This document shows, piece by piece, positions 1 through 9,306 of a DNA stretch of 32,000 nt. The DNA lies in contig CAZFIU010000023.1 of assembly GCA_964519455.1 (NCBI GenBank), forward strand, positions 31,446 through 63,445. Direction: 5' to 3'. A program made the position numbers and the translations under genes. A model generated the notes under the pieces. It worked only from the letters and a program-made list of their open reading frames with translations, was not told the origin of the DNA and made no database searches. This stretch comes from an uncultured Syntrophobacterales bacterium (lineage in GTDB: Bacteria > Desulfobacterota > Binatia > UBA9968 > JAJDTQ01). Position 1 is the stretch's first letter; each line of letters begins with the position of its first letter.

Positions 1-2
1 TC

Positions 3-497
3 GTCGTGCCCACGGCGAGCTGCAGCTACATGCTCAAGCAGGACTACCCGCGCATGCTGCCCACGGACGACACGAAGCTCGTGGCGGAGAACACCCTGGA
101 CCTGTCCGAGTACCTGATGCAGCTACACGAGGGCGGCAAGCTCGACGTCGACTTCACCCAGGCCGCGGGCAAGATCCGCTACCACCAGCCGTGTCATCTC
201 AAGGCCCAGAACATCGGCTTCAAGGCCCAGGAGCTGATGCATCTCATCCCGGACTCGGAGGTCTCCCGCATGCAGTGCTGCAGCGGGCACGACGGGACCT
301 GGAGCGTCAAGAAGGAGAACTTCGAGGCGTCGATGCAGGTGGGCCGGCCGCTGTTCAAGTTCATGCGGTCGGATGACGCCTGTACGGTGACGGACTGTCC
401 GCTGTCGGCGGTTCAGGTGGAGCAGGGGACCGGCAACAAGCCGGTGCACCCCATCATCGTGATGGCGCGGGCCTACGGGCTCGATGTCGAGTCGTAG
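3..497 (+). CDS. C-terminal part of a CCG-domain (heterodisulfide reductase / GlpC-type) Fe-S protein, truncated by the left window edge
   Basis: ORF open to the left edge; VVPTASCSYMLKQDYPRM resembles GlpC-type VVPTxxCGYVLKxDYP; CHLKAQNIG...CCSGHDGTW CCG motif; TAG at 495-497. Confidence 0.8.
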   Translation, partial: VVPTASCSYMLKQDYPRMLPTDDTKLVAENTLDLSEYLMQLHEGGKLDVDFTQAAGKIRYHQPCHLKAQNIGFKAQELMHLIPDSEVSRMQCCSGHDGTWSVKKENFEASMQVGRPLFKFMRSDDACTVTDCPLSAVQVEQGTGNKPVHPIIVMARAYGLDVES

Positions 498-533
498 GCC
501 CGCGCCGGTCGCGGGATTTCGCCGTTCCCCGGA

Positions 534-1649
534 TTACCTCGGGTCGAGGATCCAGCCGCCTTCCTTCTCCATGCCGATGACGAGCTCGTCGTCGGCGTCC
601 GAGGGCATCGCCTCTTCCAGGTGCTTGGCGTAGGCCTCGTCGGAGAGCAGTTCGCCGTCGACGCTGTAGGGCTGGCCGGCGTAGTTGCCGATGTAGCGGC
701 GGAACTTGTCGCTGGGAATCGTCAGCTTGGGCTGGTCGTCGCCGATGTTGTGGTTCAACGCGTCCACCAGCGCCTGCACTTCCTTGAAGAAGGTCGTGCG
801 CGACAGCTCGTTCAGCCGGTCCATGTCGGCCGGCTCGTCGTAAAGCTGCTCGTCGTAGCGTCCCTTGAGGCCCCAGACATACGCCCAGTGGGCGGAGCTG
901 GACTCGTCCTGGCCGAACAGGTCGTAGGCGGTGGAGATCCACTTGTTGAAGTACTTCTGGATGATGGGCATGGGGATCTTGCCGGCCTTGACGATGCGCA
1001 TCAGGCCGATGTTGCCCTGGGCCAGGTGGTAGGCCTCTTCCTTCAGCATGGGCAGGGTGCTCCGGCCCAGCGGGGCGAAGGCGCTCCGGCTCAGCATGTT
1101 GAGCTGGTACTTGCCGTCGCGGTCGATGAAGCTCGTGTAGACGAAGAAGTCGAGCCAGTTGCGCACGGGCTGGTTGAAGGAGTCCAGCAGGCGCGAGCCC
1201 TCGGACGCGCGCCGCTCGAGCAGCCGCTGCGACTGGCGCTTGCCCGACTCGCCGAACTGGGTCACCAGCACGTAGGCCATCTGCCAGCCGTGGCGCATCT
1301 CCTCGCGGTTGATGCGGATCAGGTTCTTCAGGTCCACTTCGGTGGGGGCGCGCTCGATGAGGTTGGTCTGCTGCTCCACCGAGGCGAACTCGGTGTCGCC
1401 CTGGAACTCGATGAGGTGGGCCAAGGCGTCCTGGATGCGCTGGTCGGGGATGTCCGTCACCTTCTCCCACTTGGGCCGTCCGGAGTACTCGCCGAACTCG
1501 ATCTCGTTGCTCTCCACGTCGTCGAGCTTGGTCTCGAAGGTGTAGTCGCCGCCGATCAGCTCCATGGGGTAGCCGATGTCGTCGTGCCACTGGTGGAACG
1601 CGTCCACCCAATCGTCGAAGGTGTCGATCCTCTCCTTCTTTATCAACAT
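534..1649 (-). CDS. BoxB/PaaA-like ferritin-type diiron oxygenase (benzoyl-CoA epoxidase / phenylacetyl-CoA epoxidase superfamily)
   Basis: 371 aa; two Ex2H-type diiron motifs (REEMRHGW, KEEAYHLA); BoxB-like 'IQKYFNKW..TAYDLFG...WGLKGRYDE'; Shine-Dalgarno AAAGGAGGAG upstream of the ATG at 1649. Confidence 0.75.
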   Translation of the reverse strand: MLIKKERIDTFDDWVDAFHQWHDDIGYPMELIGGDYTFETKLDDVESNEIEFGEYSGRPKWEKVTDIPDQRIQDALAHLIEFQGDTEFASVEQQTNLIERAPTEVDLKNLIRINREEMRHGWQMAYVLVTQFGESGKRQSQRLLERRASEGSRLLDSFNQPVRNWLDFFVYTSFIDRDGKYQLNMLSRSAFAPLGRSTLPMLKEEAYHLAQGNIGLMRIVKAGKIPMPIIQKYFNKWISTAYDLFGQDESSSAHWAYVWGLKGRYDEQLYDEPADMDRLNELSRTTFFKEVQALVDALNHNIGDDQPKLTIPSDKFRRYIGNYAGQPYSVDGELLSDEAYAKHLEEAMPSDADDELVIGMEKEGGWILDPR

Positions 1650-1815
1650 GGTCTCCTCCTTTATTCCGTAATGAACGTTAGTACGAAAAATTGTCCCAAA
1701 CCGACTCTACGCCGGTGGGACCGACGGAAGACTTCGCCTGGGAGGTTTGGTGAGTGTGACTATCTTATACGGTGTTCGGCGCCGTTTTGCAAGAGCCGAA
1801 CGATCATTCGCACGA

Positions 1816-2916
1816 CTATTCCCGCAGTTCCTTCCGGAGCCATCGGACGATTGTGGGCAGGGTCCGCGGTGTCTGTCCCATGTGGCATCCGGGAAAGACA
1901 CGCGCGGTCTTGGGGCCGCCGTGCTCCAGCAGCAGGTACAGGTCCTCGATGGGGGTCTGCAGGTCGTTCTTGCCGTTGACGATCAGCATGGGGCAGGAGT
2001 CCTTGTCCAGCAGGCCCTGGGTCTTCAGCGACAGCGACGGGAAGTACGCCGCCAGTTCGTCCAGGTCGCGCAGGCCGAAGGCGCTGGCGCGGCAGATCTC
2101 GTGGTCCATGAGGTAGCTTTCGGCGTTGGTGGACCGGCGCACCCACTCCGCCTGGAAGTTGTAGTGGACGCCGCCGCCCCACACCACCGAGGCGCGCAGC
2201 CGCTCCGGCTCCACGAAGCTCATCTTGGCGGACCAGTAGCCGCCGAAGCTGCGTCCCAGGATGCCGATGCGCCGTTCGTCCACGTCCTCCCGTTCGCACA
2301 GATGGTCGATGACCGCGCTGAAGAGGCTCTCGGCGGTGGTGGAACCCTTGATGGGGGACTCGCCCACGCCGGGCATGTCCATGGCGCAGGTTCCCAGCCC
2401 CGCGCGCAGCAACGCCTCGTCGTACTCGTGGCACTCCGGCTTGTAGGAGTCGATGCCGCCGAAGTTGATGACCATCGGACAGGGGCTCACCCCCTCGGGC
2501 TTGCGCAGGAACGCCCGGATAACCCGATTCTCGCGGTAGGGGATTTCCACGACCTCCAACGCCGGCGTGAAGTGGCGCGCCGCCCGCAGGTACAGCGCCA
2601 GGCTCTTGCGGGCGCATTCCTGCTTCCCTGGCGAGAGGGGCACGGGATAGCGGCCGATTGTGTAGTACACGTAGGCCATGAGGAAGGCCTCCCGCGCCTC
2701 CGCCCCGTGTCCCTCCGCCTCGTGCGCCTCGCCGGCTTCCTCGTAGGGCTCCGCCGCCCGCGACCACTCCGCCGCCCAGAGGTCCGGGTCCTTGGTCGTG
2801 AGCCGGTCGAGCACCGGTTCGACGTCCTCGATCCGGGCGCCGCGGAAAACCGTGCGCTTCCCGGTGCGCTCGCGCACCATGGCCTTGATCTCGTCGAGAG
2901 TCTTGATTCGGCCCAT
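1816..2916 (-). CDS. Alpha/beta hydrolase (FrsA / 2,6-dihydropseudooxynicotine hydrolase-like)
   Basis: GILGRSFGGYWSAK nucleophile elbow (GxSxGG), INFGGIDSYK oxyanion region, PGCHMG C-terminal His. Start chosen at MGRIKT (2916), downstream of the longest ORF start. Confidence 0.8.
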   Translation of the reverse strand: MGRIKTLDEIKAMVRERTGKRTVFRGARIEDVEPVLDRLTTKDPDLWAAEWSRAAEPYEEAGEAHEAEGHGAEAREAFLMAYVYYTIGRYPVPLSPGKQECARKSLALYLRAARHFTPALEVVEIPYRENRVIRAFLRKPEGVSPCPMVINFGGIDSYKPECHEYDEALLRAGLGTCAMDMPGVGESPIKGSTTAESLFSAVIDHLCEREDVDERRIGILGRSFGGYWSAKMSFVEPERLRASVVWGGGVHYNFQAEWVRRSTNAESYLMDHEICRASAFGLRDLDELAAYFPSLSLKTQGLLDKDSCPMLIVNGKNDLQTPIEDLYLLLEHGGPKTARVFPGCHMGQTPRTLPTIVRWLRKELRE

Positions 2917-2991
2917 GTTTTCTTTGCCTCTGATGCGGTGCGTAATCTGATGCGGGTGCGGACCATACCGGTGCCGCGCCGGGCTCACGCC

Positions 2992-3291
2992 TCACAGGAT
3001 GTCTTCATATCTGCGCCGTCCGTGCACGACTCTGTACACGCGGACTTGAGATCGAAGGACCTTGTAGAGCACAAGATACTCGCCATGCCGCAGATAGCGA
3101 TAGCCGGAGGCCTTGAGAACCGCGGCCCTGGGAATTTGTCCGCGCTTCGGGAACTCTCCGAGGCTGGAGACCAGAGCGAGCAGGGCGTCGATGACATCCT
3201 CGGCCGCCGCGGGACTGTCCCGTGCGATGTATTCCTGAAGTTCGAGCAGATCCAACTGTGCATGACGAAGAACGCGGATCTGTCGCGTCAT
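2992..3291 (-). CDS. Type II toxin, ParE/RelE superfamily
   Basis: 99 aa; HAQLDLLELQEYIARDSPAAAEDVIDALLALVSSLGEFPKRG...YRYLRHGEYLVLYKV...VRVYRVVHGRRRYEDIL is a typical ParE pattern; ATGA overlap with the upstream antitoxin. Confidence 0.88.
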   Translation of the reverse strand: MTRQIRVLRHAQLDLLELQEYIARDSPAAAEDVIDALLALVSSLGEFPKRGQIPRAAVLKASGYRYLRHGEYLVLYKVLRSQVRVYRVVHGRRRYEDIL

Positions 3292-3551
3292 CTCCGCGCC
3301 TCGCGGAGAAGGACGGCCAACGCCTTCACACCGATACCCCGGTCTCCGTGGCGCAAATCCTCTTCAGCCGCGTTCAGCAACTCGTAGAGCTTGAGGCGCG
3401 CCTGATCCCGGTCATAGGCCGCCGCACTCATGACCACCAGCTCACTCTCGCCATTCTTCGTAATGAAGACCGGCTCTCCGGATTCATGGCACAGCTTCGA
3501 GATTTCGGGGGTCTTGTTGCGCAAATCCGAAATAGGCCGAATGACGGGCAT
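3288..3551 (-). CDS. Type II antitoxin, Phd/YefM family
   Basis: MPVIRPISDLRNKTPEISKLCHESGEPVFITKNGESELVVMSAAAYDR is a canonical Phd/YefM N-terminus; GGAGG Shine-Dalgarno before the ATG at 3551. Confidence 0.9.
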   Translation of the reverse strand: MPVIRPISDLRNKTPEISKLCHESGEPVFITKNGESELVVMSAAAYDRDQARLKLYELLNAAEEDLRHGDRGIGVKALAVLLREARR

Positions 3552-3629
3552 GGCTGATCCTCCGGACGGAAAGGCCTTGTGAATCGGTTCTATCAGAATT
3601 ATGATAATCCGCAACGTGGTAGGTCAATT

Positions 3630-3815
3630 TCAGAACAACCACCGACCCCCGTCTGTCAGCAACACATTTCCCCTCGCAAACGTGAAGTCCGCGGCCGCGG
3701 CGACGCCCCACCCTTTGGCGACCCTGGACAGAATCACCGCGTAGGTCAGGGAGTCGACGCCGATGCCGCCGGGCTCCCGGGGCACCATGAGCGCCAGCAG
3801 TCCGGAGTTCGTCTT
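3630..3815 (-). pseudogene. Relic of an acyl-CoA dehydrogenase N-terminal domain
   Basis: Hand translation of the minus strand gives NSGLLALMVPREPGGIGVDSLTYAVILSRVAKGWGVAAAADFTFARGN, matching the acyl-CoA dehydrogenase pattern 'xGLLGLxVPExyGGxGxDxxTYxxxxExxAK'; bounded by stops on both sides and not in the supplied ORF track. Confidence 0.6.
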
Positions 3816-3866
3816 CGCTCAAACACCGTCAAGCGCATTTGCCGGGCGCGGACGCGAGCGTCGCGT

Positions 3867-4610
3867 TCACGAAAGGAGGTCTCCATGACGCGAGGCCGGA
3901 ACGGCCTCGATCGTCTGGCCGGACAGCGTCCAACGCCGCTCCAGCAAGCGCACGCCACGCACGATCAACAGGGTCAGGAGGAGGTAGACAAGGCCCGCCA
4001 GCGCGAAGAACTCCACCGCGAGGTAGGTGCGTGCGATGAGGGTGCGCGCGACGCCGGTGAGGTCCAGCAGGGTGATGGTGCTGGCCAGGGCACTGCCCTT
4101 GAGCATCAGGATCGCCTCGTTGCCGTAGGCCGGCAGCGCCTGTCGCACCGCTCGGGGCAGCACGATCAGGCGGACTTCCTGCCAGCGCGAAAAACCCAGA
4201 GCCTGCGCTGCCTCTCGCTCTCCGCGGGGCACCGCCAGCATCCCGCCGCGGATGATTTCGGCCGTGTAGGCTGCGGTATTCAGGCTGAAGGCGATGATCG
4301 CGCACCAGTACGCCTCGCCCAGGACCGGCCACAGCAGGCTGTCCCGTACCGCCGCGAACTGCGCCAGGCCGTAGTAGACCAGGAAGATCTGGACCAGAAG
4401 GGGCGTGCCGCGGAAGAAGAAAACGTAGCCGTAGGCCGGCGCCCGGAGCCACCCATGCCGCGACGTGCGCATGAGCGCCAGCGGGAAGGCCAGGGCGGTG
4501 CCCGCCACCATGGCCAGCGCCGTGAGTTGAACCGTGAGCCATGCGCCCGCCAATAGCTGCGGGATGTCGTGGGCCGCCGTTCCGTAGAGGTCCGCGATCA
4601 TCCGGACCAC
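3867..4610 (-). CDS. Polar amino-acid ABC transporter permease (HisM/GlnP type)
   Basis: FFRGTPLLVQIFLVYYGL and EIIRGGMLAVPRGEREAAQALGFSRWQEVRLIVLPRAVRQALPAYGNEAILMLKGSALASTITLLDLTG motifs. Confidence 0.9.
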   Translation of the reverse strand: MVRMIADLYGTAAHDIPQLLAGAWLTVQLTALAMVAGTALAFPLALMRTSRHGWLRAPAYGYVFFFRGTPLLVQIFLVYYGLAQFAAVRDSLLWPVLGEAYWCAIIAFSLNTAAYTAEIIRGGMLAVPRGEREAAQALGFSRWQEVRLIVLPRAVRQALPAYGNEAILMLKGSALASTITLLDLTGVARTLIARTYLAVEFFALAGLVYLLLTLLIVRGVRLLERRWTLSGQTIEAVPASRHGDLLS

Positions 4611-5302
4611 CCCATGCCGCGCGCCGCGCGCCGCTCCAGCACTTGTATGCCGGCCATGGAGACCGCGGTCATGGCGAGGTAGATGACCGCCGCGGCGAGA
4701 TAGAAGGTGAACGGTTGCTGTGTGTAGCTAACCGCGAGGGCGCTCTTGCGCATCAACTCGTCCAGCCCCACCACCGACACCAGGGAAGTGTCCTTGAGCA
4801 GCACCAGAAACAGGTTGCCCAGCCCCGGAAGCGCCGTCCGCCAGACCTGCGGCAGCAGCACGTGACGAAACGCGCCCATCCGTGTGAGACCCAAGGCGTA
4901 GGCAGCCTCGGACTGCCCCGGCGGGACGGCAAGAAAGGCGCCCCGCAGCACCTCGGTCGCGTAGGCGCCGAAGGTCAGGCTCAGGGCCGTCACCCCGGCG
5001 AGAAAGGGGTTCAACTCGAAGAACCCGGTGAAGCCGAACAGCGCGGCCACGCGCCCGATGGCTGCCGACGCGCCGAAGTAGACGATCAGGACCACCAGCA
5101 ACTCCGGCACGCCGCGCACGGCGGTAGTGTATGCCTGGGCGGCGGTAGGTAGCACTCGCAGGCGGGACATCCGCGCCGCGGCCCCGGCGATGCCTAGTAG
5201 CAGGCCGCCGGCGAGGGAGGCGACCGCCAGCCCGCAGGTCACGAGTGTCCCTGCCGCGAGTTGGGCGCCGAAGCCGAGCAGCAGCGCCGGGGTCTCGTTC
5301 AT
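4598..5302 (-). CDS. Polar amino-acid ABC transporter permease (HisQ type)
   Basis: VRGVPELLVVLIVYFGA and EVLRGAFLAVPPGQSEAAYALGLTRMGAFRHVLLPQVWRTALPGLGNLFLVLLKDTSLVSVVGLDELM; overlaps the downstream permease. Confidence 0.9.
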   Translation of the reverse strand: MNETPALLLGFGAQLAAGTLVTCGLAVASLAGGLLLGIAGAAARMSRLRVLPTAAQAYTTAVRGVPELLVVLIVYFGASAAIGRVAALFGFTGFFELNPFLAGVTALSLTFGAYATEVLRGAFLAVPPGQSEAAYALGLTRMGAFRHVLLPQVWRTALPGLGNLFLVLLKDTSLVSVVGLDELMRKSALAVSYTQQPFTFYLAAAVIYLAMTAVSMAGIQVLERRAARGMGWSG

Positions 5303-5378
5303 GCCGACCGCCGAAGCAAGCGGCCCGCGGCAAGACGGGATCTACCCGGCGAAGACTCTGCCGCGGAGTCGCAGGCCA

Positions 5379-6143
5379 CTAGTAGATGCTGAAGGGAAAG
5401 TACCGCGCGTTGATCTTGGCGTAGGTGCCGTCGGCGAGTATGGCCGCCAGCGCGGCGTTGAGCCGTTGCCGCAACGTGTTGTCTTCCTTGCGCACGGCGA
5501 TGCCGATGCCCTCGTCCAGTTCGTAGGCGTCGCCCACCATCTCGAAACCCGCGCCCGCCTTCGTCTTGAGCCATTCGTGAAGCACCAACCCATCGGCGAA
5601 GATGGCGTCGAGCCTTCGGGCGGCCAGGTCGAGGTAGGCATCGGTCTGTTTGTCGTAGAGCTTCACCTTCGCGCCGCCCGCGTTCTTCGCCAACCAGCTC
5701 GCGGCAATCGTGGCGCGTTGGGTGCCGACGGTCTTGTCGGCGAGCCTCCCAGGGTCGAAGCCGCCGCCCTTCGCAGCCACGAAGCGCACCTTGTTGCTGT
5801 AGTACTTCTCGGTGAAGCTCACCACCTTCTTGCGCTCGCCGGTGATGGACATGCTCGCCACGATGGCGTCGTACTTCCCCGCCAGAAGTGCGGGGATGAT
5901 GCCGTCCCAGTCCTGCGCCACCAGCTTGCACTCCACCTTCAGCCGCTCACATAGCGCCAGGGCGATGTCGATGTCGAAACCCTTGAGTTGACCCGACTGG
6001 TCGACGAAGTTGAACGGGGGGTAGTAGCCTTCGCTGCCGATGCGAAGCGGATTGGGCACACCGGAATCCGCATTGACCACGTAAGCGGAAAACATTAGCG
6101 GTGCGATCAGCACCGCCATCAAGCCGACGATGATTCGTTTCAT
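5379..6143 (-). CDS. Periplasmic amino-acid-binding protein (SBP family 3, LAO/HisJ-like)
   Basis: Signal peptide MKRIIVGLMAVLIAPLMFSAYVVNA; RIGSEGYYPPFNFVDQSGQLKGFDIDIALALCERL...QDWDGIIPALLAGKYDAI; RBS GGAGGGG before the ATG at 6143. Confidence 0.92.
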   Translation of the reverse strand: MKRIIVGLMAVLIAPLMFSAYVVNADSGVPNPLRIGSEGYYPPFNFVDQSGQLKGFDIDIALALCERLKVECKLVAQDWDGIIPALLAGKYDAIVASMSITGERKKVVSFTEKYYSNKVRFVAAKGGGFDPGRLADKTVGTQRATIAASWLAKNAGGAKVKLYDKQTDAYLDLAARRLDAIFADGLVLHEWLKTKAGAGFEMVGDAYELDEGIGIAVRKEDNTLRQRLNAALAAILADGTYAKINARYFPFSIY

Positions 6144-6466
6144 GAACCCCTCCGATCTTTCTGTCCTCACACGAACCAGTCTCTCGGGATCCCGTTTGCT
6201 CATCATCCACCAGTGGAACATTAACGGTCAATCCAATTATGTTCCCGCACAGTGGGAAGAGCCGGATCGATGAGCTCCGGTCGTTCGTGTTGACTAACCA
6301 ACGAGACGGGATAACATGGCGATCCCATACCGGCTTCAAGGCCAGAGAAGACCCGCGCGCGCCTCGGTCATCCGCGGAACCAACCGCTGGCCCGACATGT
6401 CGGAGGACGAGCGGCGCCGCGACTGGACGCGCAGTTGCGCCCCCGCCACGGCAGGAAACGCCGGCG

Positions 6467-7687
6467 TTAGTCCGCCTTTCTCTCGTCCTGCTCCGAGCCG
6501 CGCTCGGCCCATCTCATCGCTGCGAACGCCCCCGCTCCGAAGACCGCGAAAGCGGCAATCTGGGCATACATGGTGCCGTCGAAAGTCTGGCCCACGAGAG
6601 CTCCGAACGGCACCGCGATCAAGGTGGGGACCGACGCGACCACCGCCGCTCCCACGCCGGCGATGTGGCCCAGCGGCTCCATGGCGAGCGCATTGAGGTT
6701 GCCGAAGAAGAGTCCGAAGCAGCCGAAGACGACGAGCAGGTAGGCCATGAACAGCCACAGCGGAGGAAGCCCGTCGAAGGCGGAGGCTGGCGCCCACATG
6801 ACGACGGAGACCAGCGTGATGGACAACGCCGCCGCCCTCGTGATCCGGCGCATCCCATACTTCAACACGAGGCGGGTGTTCATGAGCGAGGCGCCTCCGA
6901 TGGCCAGCGCCAGTGCGCCGAAATAGACCGGAAAGAGGGCGCCGACCCGGTAGGCTTCCTGGAAGATCTGCTGGACGGAGCTCAGGTAGGCGATGAACGG
7001 CGCGAACGCGCAGGCGGTGGCGAGGATATAACCGCGCGCGGTCCGAATACGCAGGATCTCCAGGACAGCGCCGCCGACGGTCCGCGGCGAGAGGGGGCGC
7101 CGGCGGGCGGCGGGAAGGGTTTCCGGCTGCCGGAACGCAAGCCAGGCGAATCCGATGGCGGCGACGGCGAAGAACGTGCCGAATATCGCGCGCCAGCCCG
7201 CCAGCCACTGGATGCTCTGTCCGAGGGCCGGAGCGACGGTGGGGACGAGGATGAACACGGCGATGGCGAAGGACATGAGACGCGCCATTTGCCGTCCCTC
7301 GTACTGATCGCGCACAAGGGCGATGATCACGATGCGCGGCCCCGCCACTCCGATGCCCTGGACGATGCGGCTCGCGATCATCACCTCGAAGACGGGAGCG
7401 AAGACGCTCATGAGGCAACCCGCCATGTACAGGCCGAGGCCGGCATGGATGGCGGGTTTGCGTCCGACACGATCGGAGAGCGGGCCGAAAACGATCTGAC
7501 CGAGCGCGAGCCCCATGAGCATCGCCGTGATCACGAACTGGACGTCGTTCCGCCGCGGCGCCCCGAGGTCGTGGCCGATGGCGGGCAGCGCCGGCAGCAT
7601 CGCGTCGGTCGACAGCGCGGGAAGCGACATCAACAGGGCGACGAGGGCCAGGAATTCGCCGGGGCGAAGCGGGGTCGTGCGACTCAA
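6467..7687 (-). CDS. MFS drug-resistance transporter, Bcr/CflA subfamily
   Basis: STDAMLPALPAIGHDLG...GLALGQIVFGPLSDRVGRKPA motifs; 12-TM-like hydrophobic profile. Confidence 0.88.
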   Translation of the reverse strand: MSRTTPLRPGEFLALVALLMSLPALSTDAMLPALPAIGHDLGAPRRNDVQFVITAMLMGLALGQIVFGPLSDRVGRKPAIHAGLGLYMAGCLMSVFAPVFEVMIASRIVQGIGVAGPRIVIIALVRDQYEGRQMARLMSFAIAVFILVPTVAPALGQSIQWLAGWRAIFGTFFAVAAIGFAWLAFRQPETLPAARRRPLSPRTVGGAVLEILRIRTARGYILATACAFAPFIAYLSSVQQIFQEAYRVGALFPVYFGALALAIGGASLMNTRLVLKYGMRRITRAAALSITLVSVVMWAPASAFDGLPPLWLFMAYLLVVFGCFGLFFGNLNALAMEPLGHIAGVGAAVVASVPTLIAVPFGALVGQTFDGTMYAQIAAFAVFGAGAFAAMRWAERGSEQDERKAD

Positions 7688-7712
7688 TCTGCCTCCCCGG
7701 GCGTCACGAACG

Positions 7713-8208
7713 CTACTCTTTCCCCAGGAACCACGTCGCCAGGTGGTTGAAGTCCTCGGGCTGGTCCAGCCAGATGAAGTGGCTGGCCTTGTCGAAGATG
7801 TGCATCTGGGCGTTGGGGATGCTCTTGTAGAGGTCGTTCCAGCGGGCCGAAAGCTCCATCAGGTGGTCCAGGTACTCCTCGGTCACCATGTCCTTGTTGT
7901 AAACGAAGGCCCCGACGTACTTGCGCTGCACTTTGTTGTCTCCTTCGGGAAGGGTCGGCGCCCCTGCGAAACGGTTTCCCTGACGTGGTTCCCAGTACAC
8001 TGGCCGGCGAGGTTGACCGGGCCGATTCCCAAGGTCTCGATGAAGTTCAGCACGTGGTCCGCCCGCACCCGGATGTGGCTCAGCTCGTCGAGGTTCCTTG
8101 GCGGGTCGGTGTAGCCGTGGCCCAGTTCGTCGATGGCGAAGACGTGGAACCGTCGACCGTCACGAAGCGGCTCTTGAACCGGTCCGGACTGTTGAACAGG
8201 GTTTCCAT
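7713..8208 (-). pseudogene. Degenerate alpha/beta hydrolase (meta-cleavage-product-hydrolase-like)
   Basis: Three frame-separated pieces in order: METLFNSPDRFKSRFVTVDG (RBS GAGGAGG, ATG at 8208), FHVFAIDELGHGYTDPPRNLDELSHIRVRADHVLNFIETLGIGPVNLAGQCTGN, then KVQRKYVGAFVYNKDMV...SIPNAQMHIFDKASHFIWLDQPEDFNHLATWFLGKE. Oxyanion-loop and cap regions are missing. Confidence 0.7.
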
Positions 8209-8361
8209 GGGGATGCCTCCTCGGGGAAGTTGCCTCTCCATGCATATTACCATCTGGCGGGTCGAGGCAACCCGACGCGGGATCGGGGGAGCCGGCGGGG
8301 CCAGAGTCGCGGGACCACCGACGCGGTTGCCCAACCGGACTTCCCTTGGTTTACTTTACGG

Positions 8362-9288
8362 ATGCGCTTGACGGTTGCAGCAGCATGGCGATGCGGGTGG
8401 TTCGCGGGGCGCTGCCTGTGCCTGGCCGCCCTCGCGGGGTCTCTCCTCCTCTCCACCGCGGACGCGGGAGAAGGCCGGCTGCAACTTTCCTACCGGGCGT
8501 ACTTCGCCGGCCTCCACGCGGCCAACCTCCAGCTCGGCGTCGAGTTCGACACCGCGTCGTATGACCCGGACGCCGCCGCGTTCGATCTCGATGCGTCGGC
8601 TTACGCCGTGCGTGTGCGCTTGAAGACCACCGGGGTGGTCAAGACGCTCACCCGCTTGAAGACCACGGCCTATTCGCACGGTGCGTTTGTTTCCGGGGAC
8701 ATCGTGCCGGTCCGGGCGGGCTACAGCAGCAAGCGGTGGCGCAAGAAGCGTCTGGTCGAGTTTGGCTTCGACGAAGGAACACCGAGGATCGTGCGCACGA
8801 AGCCGCGCCGAAAGCGCGGGAATGCGCCCGCGGTGTCCCCGGTCCAGCTCAAGGGCGCCCTCGATCCCGCCGGCGCCTTGCTTGCAGTGCTTTCCGGTCT
8901 CGACGCCGGCCATGGATGCAAGTTGCGGATTCCGGTCTTTACCGGCCGCCGTCTTTACGAACTGGTGGGTGAGCCGCACGAAAGCGGAGTCGGCCGGCTG
9001 AAGGCGAGCCGGTTCTCTCCATTTGCCGGACCCACGGTCAATTGCCGCGTCCGGCTCGAGAAGAGGGCGGGTTTCAAGCAGAAATCCGGTAACCGCCAGG
9101 ACCACGACCACACCGATGTGCAACTCCATGCGGCGCGGGTATTCGACGAAACGCCGCCGGTACCGGTCCGTTTCGCCGGCGACACCGGGTACGGCTCCTT
9201 GGTCGCTTATCTCCACAGGGCGAAGCTGGACGCGGGCGGCCTCAAGAGGGAGTTGCGTCCGCGTCCGGGGAGGAAACGCAGCCGTTAG
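8362..9288 (+). CDS. DUF3108-like secreted/periplasmic protein
   Basis: Signal-like MRLTVAAAWRCGWFAGRCLCLAALAGSLLLSTADA; LSYRAYFAGLHAANLQLGVEFD...YAVRVRLKTTGVVKTLTRLKTTAYSHGAFVSGDIVPVRAGYSSKRWRKKRLVEFGFDEG resembles DUF3108. Start refined from the longest ORF (8098). Confidence 0.65.
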   Translation: MRLTVAAAWRCGWFAGRCLCLAALAGSLLLSTADAGEGRLQLSYRAYFAGLHAANLQLGVEFDTASYDPDAAAFDLDASAYAVRVRLKTTGVVKTLTRLKTTAYSHGAFVSGDIVPVRAGYSSKRWRKKRLVEFGFDEGTPRIVRTKPRRKRGNAPAVSPVQLKGALDPAGALLAVLSGLDAGHGCKLRIPVFTGRRLYELVGEPHESGVGRLKASRFSPFAGPTVNCRVRLEKRAGFKQKSGNRQDHDHTDVQLHAARVFDETPPVPVRFAGDTGYGSLVAYLHRAKLDAGGLKRELRPRPGRKRSR

Positions 9289-9306
9289 ACGATGACGCAA
9301 CGAGGG

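Noticed and set aside
2992-3551. ParE/Phd toxin-antitoxin pair as a novel defence system
   Set aside because: Both proteins match ordinary type II TA families with the usual ATGA overlap; nothing novel seen.
6239-7750. 503-aa plus-strand ORF opposite the MFS transporter
   Set aside because: Antisense frame; the minus strand encodes a clear Bcr/CflA protein.
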